A DNA stretch of 64,000 bases from a bacterium (GTDB taxonomy: Bacteria; SAR324; JACQKK01): the NCBI GenBank assembly GCA_965240465.1, contig OZ251219.1, positions 704,001 to 768,000 of the forward strand. The letters run 5' to 3'. The translations under genes were made by a program, and so were the position numbers. Positions 10,105 through 18,844 of this stretch are shown one piece after another. The notes beneath the pieces were generated by a model. It did not search any database. It was not told the DNA's origin and saw only the letters and a program-made list of their open reading frames with translations. The first letter of the stretch is position 1, and the number at the start of each line of letters is the position of its first letter.

Positions 10105-11931
10105 ATGAAAAAATTATCACTACTATCAGCCAGTTGTATTCTGGCTTTATTTTTAGCTAGCTGCGGGGGGGGTAGTAGCGGTGGTGGTGGTGGTGGTGGA
10201 TCTGTTGCCGACGCCGACGGCGACGGTCTAATAGAAATTGCCACTGCTGAGGAACTGAACAACATTCGCCATAATTTGGCAGGCACTAGTTATAATGATG
10301 GCACGAATGCTCCATCTAGTACGGGCTGTCCTAGATCTGGTTGTAATGGCTACGAACTAGCTGACGACATTGATCTTTCCTCCATTACCAACTTTGTTCC
10401 CATTGGACAATTAGGCAGTCCTTTCACGGCTATCTTTGAAGGTAATGATTACACCATCAGTAACCTAAACATTGCCACCGACAATACCACCTACTACACG
10501 GGATTCTTTGCGATCTCTAGAGGCAAAGTGCAAAACTTGTCCTTTGCAACAGGTTCAGTTGCCAGTAGCAATAATGGTGGTAGTAGGAGTAATCTCAACT
10601 GTGTAGGGGTTCTGGCAGGCAGAAATAATGGAATAATATCGGGTGTTTCTTCGGGGCCATCGGTTTCTGCTGGCACAGGTGACTATGACTGTGTAGGTGG
10701 CTTGGTAGGTAGCAATAATGGCACTATTCAAAATAGCTCTGTCACTAGCTCTGTCACTAGCTCTGTCACTGGCTCTGCTGATGGCGGTGGTGGTAACTAT
10801 GACTATGTGGGTGGCTTGGTAGGTTATAATGGAGGTAGCATCCAAAATAGCCGTGCCACTGCCACTGCCAATGGCGGTGGTGGTAACTATGACAATGTGG
10901 GTGGCTTGGTAGGTTATAATGGAGGTAGCATTGGTAATAGCTCTGCCACTGGCTCTGCTGATGGCGATGATGGTGACACTGACTCTGTGGGTGGCTTGGT
11001 AGGTTATAATACTGGCACCATCCGAGATAGTCATGCCACTGGCTCTGCTGATGGCGATGATGGTGAATATGACTCTGTGGGTGGCTTGGTGGGTAGTAAC
11101 TACGGCACCATCGGTAATAGCTCTGCCACTGGCATTGCCAGTGGCGGTGCTGGTAATGACAATGTGGGTGGCTTGGTAGGTGGTAATACTAGCACGATCC
11201 AGAACAGCTATGCCACTGGCATTGCCAGTGGCGGTGCTGGTAATGACTTTGTGGGTGGCTTGGTGGGTTATGATTTTAATGGCACCATCGGTAATAGTTA
11301 TGCCACTGGCAATGCCAATAGCGATGCTGGTAATGACTATGTGGGTGGCTTGGTGGGTTATGATTTTAATGGCACCATCGGTAATAGCTATGCCACTGGC
11401 AAAGCCAATGGCGGTGATGGTGATGACGCTGTGGGTGGCTTAGTGGGGAGTATTAATAATGATGAAAATGCTTTAACCATCGGTAATAGTTATGCCTTAG
11501 GCAATGTGGTTGGGGGCGAGGGAACCGATGAAGTGGGTCGCTTGATTGGAAAAAAAGGGACTGGGACTGGGACAATTACAATTACCAGCAACTATTATGA
11601 TAGTGATAGTGTCTTAGATGGCGAAAATCCCCTATCCCTTCCAGATACCGAAGCTCTGGGCAAAACCAGCGACCAGCTGAAAGCCAACAACAATGTTGCC
11701 CCCGATAGTGGTACTGCTTGCACTAGTGCTGGGGGAACTTGGGATAGCGGTGCATGCACCGATGGGCATCTGAACCTTAGTGCCAACAACTGGGATTTCA
11801 CTGACGGCAAATACCCCAGCTTAAAGTCCTACAAGGTGGATGCCAACGATACCCAAATCGCAGGCGATCTACTCTGTGGGCAATTACCCGTGGCTGACTT
11901 CGTTCAGTGTCCCCCCCCCACTACGCCTTAG
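10105..11931 (+). CDS. Surface lipoprotein (gene D) with an extended GLUG-repeat domain
   Basis: Start moved to ATG 10105 (GGAGG at 10093-10097, MKKLSLLS...LASC like its paralogs). About ten VGGLVG repeats and the shared C-terminal module. Confidence 0.85.
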   Translation: MKKLSLLSASCILALFLASCGGGSSGGGGGGGSVADADGDGLIEIATAEELNNIRHNLAGTSYNDGTNAPSSTGCPRSGCNGYELADDIDLSSITNFVPIGQLGSPFTAIFEGNDYTISNLNIATDNTTYYTGFFAISRGKVQNLSFATGSVASSNNGGSRSNLNCVGVLAGRNNGIISGVSSGPSVSAGTGDYDCVGGLVGSNNGTIQNSSVTSSVTSSVTGSADGGGGNYDYVGGLVGYNGGSIQNSRATATANGGGGNYDNVGGLVGYNGGSIGNSSATGSADGDDGDTDSVGGLVGYNTGTIRDSHATGSADGDDGEYDSVGGLVGSNYGTIGNSSATGIASGGAGNDNVGGLVGGNTSTIQNSYATGIASGGAGNDFVGGLVGYDFNGTIGNSYATGNANSDAGNDYVGGLVGYDFNGTIGNSYATGKANGGDGDDAVGGLVGSINNDENALTIGNSYALGNVVGGEGTDEVGRLIGKKGTGTGTITITSNYYDSDSVLDGENPLSLPDTEALGKTSDQLKANNNVAPDSGTACTSAGGTWDSGACTDGHLNLSANNWDFTDGKYPSLKSYKVDANDTQIAGDLLCGQLPVADFVQCPPPTTP

Positions 11932-12075
11932 GCTAGCCCCCCCCCCCCGACTGCACCCTAGGCTACACCCTCGGCAAACTGCTTGAAAAAAGCAACCGAG
12001 CATTTTTCTGGGAGTGAGTAGTACTCACTCCCTTTTTCTTTTTGGTAGGGGGGACAACCAATCTCTTTTAAGCAC
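11932..12075 (+). repeat. Intergenic array element copy 4
   Basis: Palindrome GGGAGTGAGT-agt-ACTCACTCCC at 12010-12032, ending in ctcttttaagcacttga as in copies 1 and 3. Confidence 0.9.
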
Positions 12076-12104
12076 TTGACAAACTGATCGCGATACCCTA
12101 CACT
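12076..12104 (+). promoter_or_regulatory. Near-consensus sigma70 promoter upstream of the large ncRNA
   Basis: TTGACA (12076-12081), 17 bp, TACACT (12099-12104). Predicted transcription start near 12111. Confidence 0.75.
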
Positions 12105-12193
12105 CACATTATCAAAACATTTTTAGTGATCCAAACTGCAGTTATGCCAAACCTAGGCTGGTAAGGATAGGTTCGCTAAGGGTTTTAGATAAC

Positions 12194-12783
12194 GAATGAA
12201 AGGGGATTGGTGGGTAGTGACCGCCTGAGGTTCCGTCATACCGAAGGGTGGATCATGTGTGTCCTTTGTGCCTTTTGGCATATGTTTTGGCACACGCAAA
12301 TGACGAGGAAGATGAGGAGGTAGATTGCACCGAAATCTCTTCTCCCCTCCGCAAATGAGTAGAACTTAGGCAAGTCCTAGATTCCTGCCATTAAGGGATT
12401 AAAACGCGGATTAAGCAATCGCAGAAACACTGGCGGGAGTTTAATAGCTCCGAAGGTCGTGAAACGCCGTTTCTGTTTTGGTAAGTACTTTTAGTACTTT
12501 TTCCAAGGTATAATTTCACGCCTAGTACCGAGCTGGGACTGAGCAATTTTAATTAATTGCCAGTTTGCATTGCTAGTTTGCATTGCTAGTTTGCATTGCC
12601 AGAGCGAAAGCGAACGCAAGTCTCGGTTCACTTAGTGGCATCCTTTCGGTAGCCACTAGCGAAGCTGAGGTCGTCATTGCAAACCGTAAGACTTCGCGGG
12701 AGGACCGTGCCATCATCTCAGGGTGAGGATTTTTGAGAATAATGGAGCAAGCGATGACATTCCTCACCAAGCCTCTTTCATTC
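12194..12783 (+). ncRNA. Large ornate structured RNA, ROOL-like (~590 nt)
   Basis: No credible ORF. Closing helix 12194-12205/12772-12783. Internal helices 12224-30/12716-22, 12422-28/12469-75, 12530-40/12619-29, 12633-39/12652-58, 12659-64/12692-97, 12722-29/12761-68. Pseudoknot-type pairings 12458-64/12514-20 and 12673-80/12751-58. Motifs GUAGAUUGCACCGA, UAAGCAAUCGCAGAAAC, GUUUCUG and GUAAG occur in the order I recall for ROOL RNAs. Confidence 0.8.
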
Positions 12784-12860
12784 TACCCCCCCAAAAAAAC
12801 CCACCCACCCCCAAAAAAACCCCTACCCCCCTCACCTTGATTTCTCCATCACCCTGCATC

Positions 12861-12981
12861 CCCCTCCCCCCCGACTGCTTGAAGAAGGCAGCCCTAGCAT
12901 TTGGGAGTGAGTCTCACTCCCTTTCTTTTTGGTGGGGGGACAACACCAATCTCTTTTAAGCACTTGATAAATTGATCGCGA
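12861..12981 (+). repeat. Intergenic array element copy 5 (after the ncRNA, abutting the uvrB stop)
   Basis: GGGAGTGAG-t-CTCACTCCC at 12903-12921. Tail ggggggacaac..caatctcttttaagcacttga.aaa.tgatcgcgat shared with copy 4. Confidence 0.9.
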
Positions 12982-12986
12982 TGTTT

Positions 12987-14978
12987 TTAGTAGATTCCCA
13001 GATTTTCCTTTTTAATACGAGTGATTTCATCACGGATATCGGCAGCTTGTTCAAATTTCAGGTTTTTGGCGGCTAGTTTCATGGATTTTTCCAGTTGTTT
13101 GACTTCTTTGAGCCAGTTTAGGTTAGATTGATGGTTTTTGGAGATAAGGGTATCAGGGGGAGATTTTTTTGATTTGGCAGGGGTTTTTTCAGCCGAGCTC
13201 AGTTGAGTTTCCAGTATTCTTTGGACGGCTCGGGGAGTGATGTGATGTTTTTTGTTGTAGTTTTGCTGGATGTTTCGGCGGCGATTAGTTTCATTGATAA
13301 CAGATTGCATGGAGGGGGTGATTTTTTCGGCATAGAAGATGATGCGTCCTTTTTCGTGTCTGGCGGCTCGTCCGCAGGTTTGCATAAGGGAGCGTTCAGA
13401 GCGTAGGAAGCCTTCCTTATCGGCATCAAGGATGGCGACTAGGGAGACTTCAGGGAGGTCTAGTCCTTCTCTTAGGAGATTGATGCCTACGAGTACATCA
13501 AAGGCTCCGCTACGGAGGTTGCGTATTATTTCGGCTCTTTCCAGGGCGTTGACTTCTGAGTGCATCCAGCATATTTTGATTCCGAGTTTTTCATAATAGG
13601 TTGCGATGTCTTCAGCCATTCTTTTGGTGAGGGTGATGATGAGTACTCGTTCATTTTTTTGGGAGCATAGTCGTAGTTCGTGTAGGAGGTGGTCTATTTG
13701 TTGGTTAGCTGGTAGCACTTTGATGGGGGGATCGAGCAATCCAGTGGGTCGGATGAGCAGTTCTAGGGGTTTGCTTATTTTGCGTTCATAGGGTCCAGGG
13801 GTAGCAGAGAGGTAGATGGCTTGGACGATTCTTTGTTGATATTCTTCAAAGGTTAGGGGTCGGTTATCCAGGGCACTGGGTAGTCGGAAGCCGTGTGCGA
13901 CGAGGGTTTTTTTTCTAGCTTGGTCGCCTTTGGACATTCCAGCTAGTTGTGGGAAGCTGACGTGGCTTTCATCAACGAATAGCAGGGAGCGAGTGGGAAA
14001 GTAGTCTATCAATGTTTCTGGGGGGCTACCGGGTTTTCTATTATGTAGCCAGCGGCTGTAGTTTTCTATTCCCTTGCAAAAGCCGGTTTCTTCCATCATT
14101 TCTAGATCAAAGTTGGTGCGTTGTTCCAGTCTTTGTGCTTCTAGCAGTTTGTTTTCTTTATGGAGATTGATTAATTGTTCAGCGAGTTCTTCCCTGATAG
14201 AGTTCAAGGCATGCTTCATTTCACTGGGAGGCGATACATAATGAGAAGCAGGGTAGATAGCAATCTTGCTAAGTAGTTCTACCTTATTGCCTCTTACGGT
14301 ATCTATACGGCTGATGGCTTCTATTTCGTCGCCAAAGAACTCTATCCTTATTGCGTGTTCGCTTTCGGCAGGGAACACTTCTACCACATCTCCCCGTACC
14401 CGAAATACTCCCCGATGAAAATCGTAATCATTACGTGTGTATTGAACATCCACCAGCCGTAGTAGCAAGGTATCTCGGGAGAGTTTCTCGCCTACTTGTA
14501 CGTACACCAGCATTTTCCGATAAATCTCGGGCGAACCCAATCCATAAATGCATGACACACTAGCTACGATTACCACATCTTCTCGCTCCAACAGGGATTT
14601 GGTAGCCGAAAGACGCATGCGATCAAGTTCATCATTGATGGAAGCATCTTTTTCAATGTATAAGTCTTGGGCGGGGAGATAGGCTTCGGGTTGGTAGTAG
14701 TCGTAATAGCTGACGAAGTACTCCACTGCATTATCGGGGAAGAATCTCTTAAACTCTTGGTAGAGTTGGGCTGCTAGGATTTTGTTAGGAGCGATTACTA
14801 ATCCTGGACGCTGGAGATTTGCTATGACATTAGCCATAAGAAAGGTTTTACCAGAGCCAGTAACTCCAGCTAGGGTTTGATGCTGAACTCCAGAGGAGAA
14901 TCCAGTACATAGTTTATCAACCACCTCAGCTTGGGGCGGAGTAAGAGAGAACTGCGATTGCAGACGGAATTTATTCAT
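12987..14978 (-). CDS. uvrB: Excinuclease ABC subunit B
   Basis: GVTGSGKT, FVSYYDYYQPEAY, GINLLREGLDLPEVSLVAILDADKEGFLRS, C-terminal UVR domain. Confidence 0.98.
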   Translation of the reverse strand: MNKFRLQSQFSLTPPQAEVVDKLCTGFSSGVQHQTLAGVTGSGKTFLMANVIANLQRPGLVIAPNKILAAQLYQEFKRFFPDNAVEYFVSYYDYYQPEAYLPAQDLYIEKDASINDELDRMRLSATKSLLEREDVVIVASVSCIYGLGSPEIYRKMLVYVQVGEKLSRDTLLLRLVDVQYTRNDYDFHRGVFRVRGDVVEVFPAESEHAIRIEFFGDEIEAISRIDTVRGNKVELLSKIAIYPASHYVSPPSEMKHALNSIREELAEQLINLHKENKLLEAQRLEQRTNFDLEMMEETGFCKGIENYSRWLHNRKPGSPPETLIDYFPTRSLLFVDESHVSFPQLAGMSKGDQARKKTLVAHGFRLPSALDNRPLTFEEYQQRIVQAIYLSATPGPYERKISKPLELLIRPTGLLDPPIKVLPANQQIDHLLHELRLCSQKNERVLIITLTKRMAEDIATYYEKLGIKICWMHSEVNALERAEIIRNLRSGAFDVLVGINLLREGLDLPEVSLVAILDADKEGFLRSERSLMQTCGRAARHEKGRIIFYAEKITPSMQSVINETNRRRNIQQNYNKKHHITPRAVQRILETQLSSAEKTPAKSKKSPPDTLISKNHQSNLNWLKEVKQLEKSMKLAAKNLKFEQAADIRDEITRIKKENLGIY

Positions 14979-15183
14979 AGCTGAGCTTGTTCAATTAGCC
15001 TTGTTTAGTGAGTCTTATTTAGTGAGTCTTATTTAGTGAGTTTGGGGTGTATTTGACATAATATGGAGTAGCAGTGCATGCTGTGAACGGATGGGGGGAG
15101 GTTTGGGAGAGGTAGAGGGGTTGTCCTTATGATTGGGATATTCTAGTAGTAGGATAGTGTATTTACGAGGGAGGATAGAAGTT

Positions 15184-15567
15184 ATGAGTAAGAAGTTGTT
15201 TATTGCCCATGCTCAGAGTTTGGAAGAAGATTACCTAGGATTAAAGAGGTTGCTATCCCGCTATTACAGCATAGATGATTTTGCGGTTTGGGATAATAAA
15301 CGCCTGCCTCGATCTCGCTGGGATGACGTACAATCGCGCATCAAGGAGTGTGGAGTTTTTGTGTTGGTGGCGGGAGCGTATGGGGTGAATTCGGGTGTGA
15401 TCAAGGATGAAATTAAGATAGCCAAGGAGGCGGGGTTACCAGTGTTAGTGGTGGAGCGTCATAGCAAGGATCGCTCTGTTACCTTGCATTACATGGCCGA
15501 TGAAGTGGTGGCATGGAATACCAACGAGATCAGTAATGCGGTGCGTAGGTTGTCTCAGAAGCAGTAG
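15184..15567 (+). CDS. Stand-alone TIR-like domain protein (MTH538/DUF1863, Thoeris ThsB-like)
   Basis: LFIAHA start, 'SGVIKDEIKIAKEAGLPVLVV' with conserved Glu, 'ADEVVAWN' end. Start placed at ATG 15184 after a GGAGG RBS. Confidence 0.7.
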   Translation: MSKKLFIAHAQSLEEDYLGLKRLLSRYYSIDDFAVWDNKRLPRSRWDDVQSRIKECGVFVLVAGAYGVNSGVIKDEIKIAKEAGLPVLVVERHSKDRSVTLHYMADEVVAWNTNEISNAVRRLSQKQ

Positions 15568-15584
15568 AGTTTTACTAAGTTTTA

Positions 15585-16232
15585 CTAGACTGTGGATGGA
15601 TTTTTGGGTTGGAGAGGTTTAGAGTGGCGTTCTAGAGGGTGGCGTTTCGCAGAGTGACGCTCCTCAGAGTGACGTTCCTCAGAGTGACATTGCGGGCAGA
15701 GACCGCGGAAGTAGATATCTACTGAGAGTGTTTTGTAGTTAGGCGGGTTATATTCGGTCAGTTGCGAGGGTTTAAGGTGGATGTCCTGTATATTCATGCA
15801 GGTATTGCAGATAAAGTGCTGATGGGGTTTGGTGTCAGCATCATAATGGATGGCTTGATCTCCGAACAATTTTCGTACCAAGCCGTGCTGATGGAAGAAA
15901 TCAAGGATTTTATAGACTGTTGCGAGGGAGATGGCTTGATGTTGTTTTCGTACCCGCAGGTAGATATTTTCAGGGATGGGATGATCGCGGCTAAGTAATA
16001 GTTCTCGGTAGACGGCTTGGCGTTGAGCGGTTATTTTGATGTGGTTTTCTTGGCAGTGTTGCAGAAAGGGGATCAGCTCGGGGTACTTGGTATGAGTTAG
16101 ATCTGTTTGGGGCAGCTTTGTTTGGGGCAGCTTTGTTTGGGCCAGCTTTGTTTGGGCCAGCTTTGTTTGAGCCAGCTTTGTTTGAGCTGGGAGGAGTTTG
16201 GGTTCAGTATTTGAGGGAGGGGTAGGTACCAT
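15585..16232 (-). CDS. Fur/PerR family transcriptional regulator with repeat-derived terminal extensions
   Basis: KITAQRQAV, HP, ISLATVYKIL, HQHFICNTC, CPQC. Confidence 0.9.
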   Translation of the reverse strand: MVPTPPSNTEPKLLPAQTKLAQTKLAQTKLAQTKLPQTKLPQTDLTHTKYPELIPFLQHCQENHIKITAQRQAVYRELLLSRDHPIPENIYLRVRKQHQAISLATVYKILDFFHQHGLVRKLFGDQAIHYDADTKPHQHFICNTCMNIQDIHLKPSQLTEYNPPNYKTLSVDIYFRGLCPQCHSEERHSEERHSAKRHPLERHSKPLQPKNPSTV

Positions 16233-16367
16233 TTAATTGAGTTGGAGGGAAATATATCTAGAAGCAAGGAGCGATAAAGACGAGAGTAATTTTGGGCTTG
16301 TGTTTATGGTACTTGTTTTTTGGATTTAATCCAGATTCTACAATAGAAACACTGTGAACAATGTTTT

Positions 16368-17747
16368 TCAGGGTTTTAAGCTGGTGTTTTTATTGTAGAA
16401 TATGGCTAATCGGTTGTTATAAGGTTGTAGCACGATGAGATCACTTCTTCCATTGTGGTTGAGATCAGCGGTGAATGGTTTTCGCATGTAGGAGCTGGTT
16501 CCGATCAGGTTGCGGGTATAGGAGTTGCCTTCTTTTTTCAAGATACCCAGGGCTCGTTTTAAGTTTTCAATTACTACTATATCATTTTTATCTCCCCGAT
16601 TGTCAAAGTTTCCCAGGGCTAGAAAGGTAGTATCGCGGGTAGTGCTGATGGGGATGTTTTCGGTTACTCCATCGTTGTTCAGAGTGAGTACATTGATTTG
16701 TCCGACATTGCGATGTCCTACCAGTAGCAAGTTAGAGTTTGCGGGAGAGAGCAGGGTTTGGGTGCGGGAGCCATCAATGGTGTAAGTGCTACTGGTATAG
16801 GTATTGTTACCATTGTGGCGGGATTTTTTAACTAGCAAGATGGTATTGCTAATGGAGGAGGCAGCTACCACATGTTTTTGGTTTGGATCACTGCCTACTA
16901 CCGCCAGCAGGGAATAGATTGAGGCAGTTTGAAAATTGCCTCTGTTATGGAAGGTATCGGCATTGGGATCATATTCCATTAAGTACAGATTTCCATCAGT
17001 GGCTAGCACTGCCAGGGTGTTGTCATCAACTGTAGCCAGTCGGATGGGTTTGATCACGGTGCCGAAGACATCATTGGTGGTGAGCTTTAATTTGGCATCG
17101 GGATCATCTAGATCAAGCTTTCCTAGTGTGCCTGTTCCATTTGGTCGGTTGTAGCTGAGGACCAGATCTTCATCATCGGTAGCAAATTGAAAAGCCCTAA
17201 GGTCTAAGATGATGGAATCGGTAGCCACAAAACGAGTACTGGAACAGCCGATGTCAGGGTCTAGCTGGCAGATAAATAAGCCCGGGTTTTTCTCATCAAG
17301 TAGGGGTACCATTGCCATGTCATTGACGATAAGTACTCTCGCGGCAGCACCGTTGAGGTTATGACTACTTCCAATGCGAGTGAGATGATCGGGGTCTAGT
17401 TTGAGTATGTGTAGCTGGGCTTGCGGTTGATGGTCTTGGTTAATTCTGGTTAGTACTGCTGCGATGTTATAGTTATGCCAGCTAGCGATATCCCATGGTT
17501 GTTTGGCATTGTTCAATTGGTCATGGTTTATGTACTGGGGGTCATCAAAGTAGGTATCGGTGGAGGTTAGGGCTTGGAAGGGTTGGTTTTGGGATTGTTT
17601 AAGGCAGCTGGAGGATAGGATTAGCAGCAGCAGAGTTGGCAGCAGCGGAGTTGGCAGCAGAGCCGAGCGAGGCTTGGTTAGCGATGAGATTGATAGCGAT
17701 GAGATTGATAGCCATGATATTTTAGGGTAGCGGGGGAGTTTGATCAT
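16368..17747 (-). CDS. Putative lipoprotein with beta-propeller / FG-GAP(VCBS)-like motifs
   Basis: Hydrophobic leader ending LSSSC. GNFDNRGDKNDIVV and ADLNHNGRSDLIV motifs. Start uncertain. Confidence 0.55.
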   Translation of the reverse strand: MIKLPRYPKISWLSISSLSISSLTKPRSALLPTPLLPTLLLLILSSSCLKQSQNQPFQALTSTDTYFDDPQYINHDQLNNAKQPWDIASWHNYNIAAVLTRINQDHQPQAQLHILKLDPDHLTRIGSSHNLNGAAARVLIVNDMAMVPLLDEKNPGLFICQLDPDIGCSSTRFVATDSIILDLRAFQFATDDEDLVLSYNRPNGTGTLGKLDLDDPDAKLKLTTNDVFGTVIKPIRLATVDDNTLAVLATDGNLYLMEYDPNADTFHNRGNFQTASIYSLLAVVGSDPNQKHVVAASSISNTILLVKKSRHNGNNTYTSSTYTIDGSRTQTLLSPANSNLLLVGHRNVGQINVLTLNNDGVTENIPISTTRDTTFLALGNFDNRGDKNDIVVIENLKRALGILKKEGNSYTRNLIGTSSYMRKPFTADLNHNGRSDLIVLQPYNNRLAIFYNKNTSLKP

Positions 17748-17805
17748 TTTCGGCAGGCTATTTTAAGGAGTTGGAGGCGGGTTTTTGGTTTATGGTTTGT
17801 AGTCG

Positions 17806-17879
17806 GGCTGGTCTTAGCTGGGAGGCTGGTCTTAGCTGGGAGGCTGGTCTTAGCTGGGAGGCTGGTTTTAGCTGGGAGG
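17806..17879. repeat. 18-bp tandem repeat x4 copying the stop-codon end of the DnaC-like gene
   Basis: ggctggtcttagctggga units at 17806, 17824, 17842 and 17860. The last contains the real stop codon. Confidence 0.95.
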
Positions 17880-18719
17880 TAGCTCACGGCGATCTGGGCA
17901 GTTTATGTGTAGAAAGTAGCACATTTCCTGCAGGCGAGAATAAACTCTAGGTCCAACTCGTTCAGCCAAGGTTTCCCGTATTTCTATGGGTTCGGCTTCT
18001 GCTATCGTGCCTGGGGGTTTTATTCTTTCAGAGATGGTTTGTCCGTGGGTGATGGCATAGTTAGTAGTGAAGACGCACATGCTACTGGCATTGTAGCGTT
18101 GAGAGATAACCGTATCCAGGATGTCTTGCTCCCATTTGGTATTACGTCCTTTGCCTAGTTCATCTATCACCAGTATTTTGGCGTCCACTAGGGGTTGGAT
18201 TAGTTCTCCATCTGAGGTGCCGTGGCTGTAGCCTGCTTTTAGATCGCTGAGCAAATGGAAGAAATCTCTAAAGATAACTGGCAGCCCGCGTTGTACAATG
18301 AATTCATGGATGAAAGCTGCTACCAGCCAAGTTTTTCCTACTCCCGAAAGCCCCGTTAACAAGATGCCCTTATGGCGATCATGATATTCTTTCACCAGCA
18401 ATTTTAGGGTACTAAAAGCCTCTTGATTGCCTTCATCTTTAAATTTGGAGTTCAAACAAGCCTCGGCATATTTAGCTGGTACCCGAGCATGATTGTAGTG
18501 TACTACCGCTTTATGCACTAAGGCACACTGACACGGAGTAGCAAATTCCCGTCCCAGCTCATCGGTCTTGAAGTTCCAGTGCTGGGAATTACATTTGGGG
18601 CAGGAGCGGGAACAATCACAGATACTGGCTCTAGCCCAGTTACCATCTGGTTCTACTACCAAGCCATGCCCGTTACATCTTGAGCAATTTGGTTCTGAGT
18701 TGGGATTTTTTTTAGTCAT
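17868..18719 (-). CDS. DnaC/IstB-like AAA+ ATPase with N-terminal Cys-rich Zn-binding region
   Basis: GLSGVGKT Walker A, LVIDELG Walker B, TTNY, 'RVYSRLQEMC', several CxxC/CxC. Confidence 0.8.
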   Translation of the reverse strand: MTKKNPNSEPNCSRCNGHGLVVEPDGNWARASICDCSRSCPKCNSQHWNFKTDELGREFATPCQCALVHKAVVHYNHARVPAKYAEACLNSKFKDEGNQEAFSTLKLLVKEYHDRHKGILLTGLSGVGKTWLVAAFIHEFIVQRGLPVIFRDFFHLLSDLKAGYSHGTSDGELIQPLVDAKILVIDELGKGRNTKWEQDILDTVISQRYNASSMCVFTTNYAITHGQTISERIKPPGTIAEAEPIEIRETLAERVGPRVYSRLQEMCYFLHINCPDRRELPPS

Positions 18720-18844
18720 TTAATAAATCTTAGGTACATATAAAAAAACTTCTAAATAAAAGTCTATTATGTTACAGTCAGCCATTGACTACGGGTACTA
18801 TATTGGATAGGATACCCTGAAATGTATTTATTAGCATACCTCTC

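Noticed and set aside
12194-12783. Alternative identities: tmRNA, RNase P RNA, group I/II intron, rRNA fragment
   Set aside because: No tRNA-like ends or tag ORF, no RNase P P4 signature, no interrupted host gene or domain V motif, and no rRNA similarity recognised.
12573-12959. Short ORFs 12573-12770 (-) and 12723-12959 (+)
   Set aside because: No recognisable protein features. They overlap the structured RNA, C-rich tail and repeat element.
17868-18719. IS21 element (IstB) or prophage replication module
   Set aside because: No IstA transposase, terminal repeats or phage genes adjacent; treated as a chromosomal DnaC-like ATPase.
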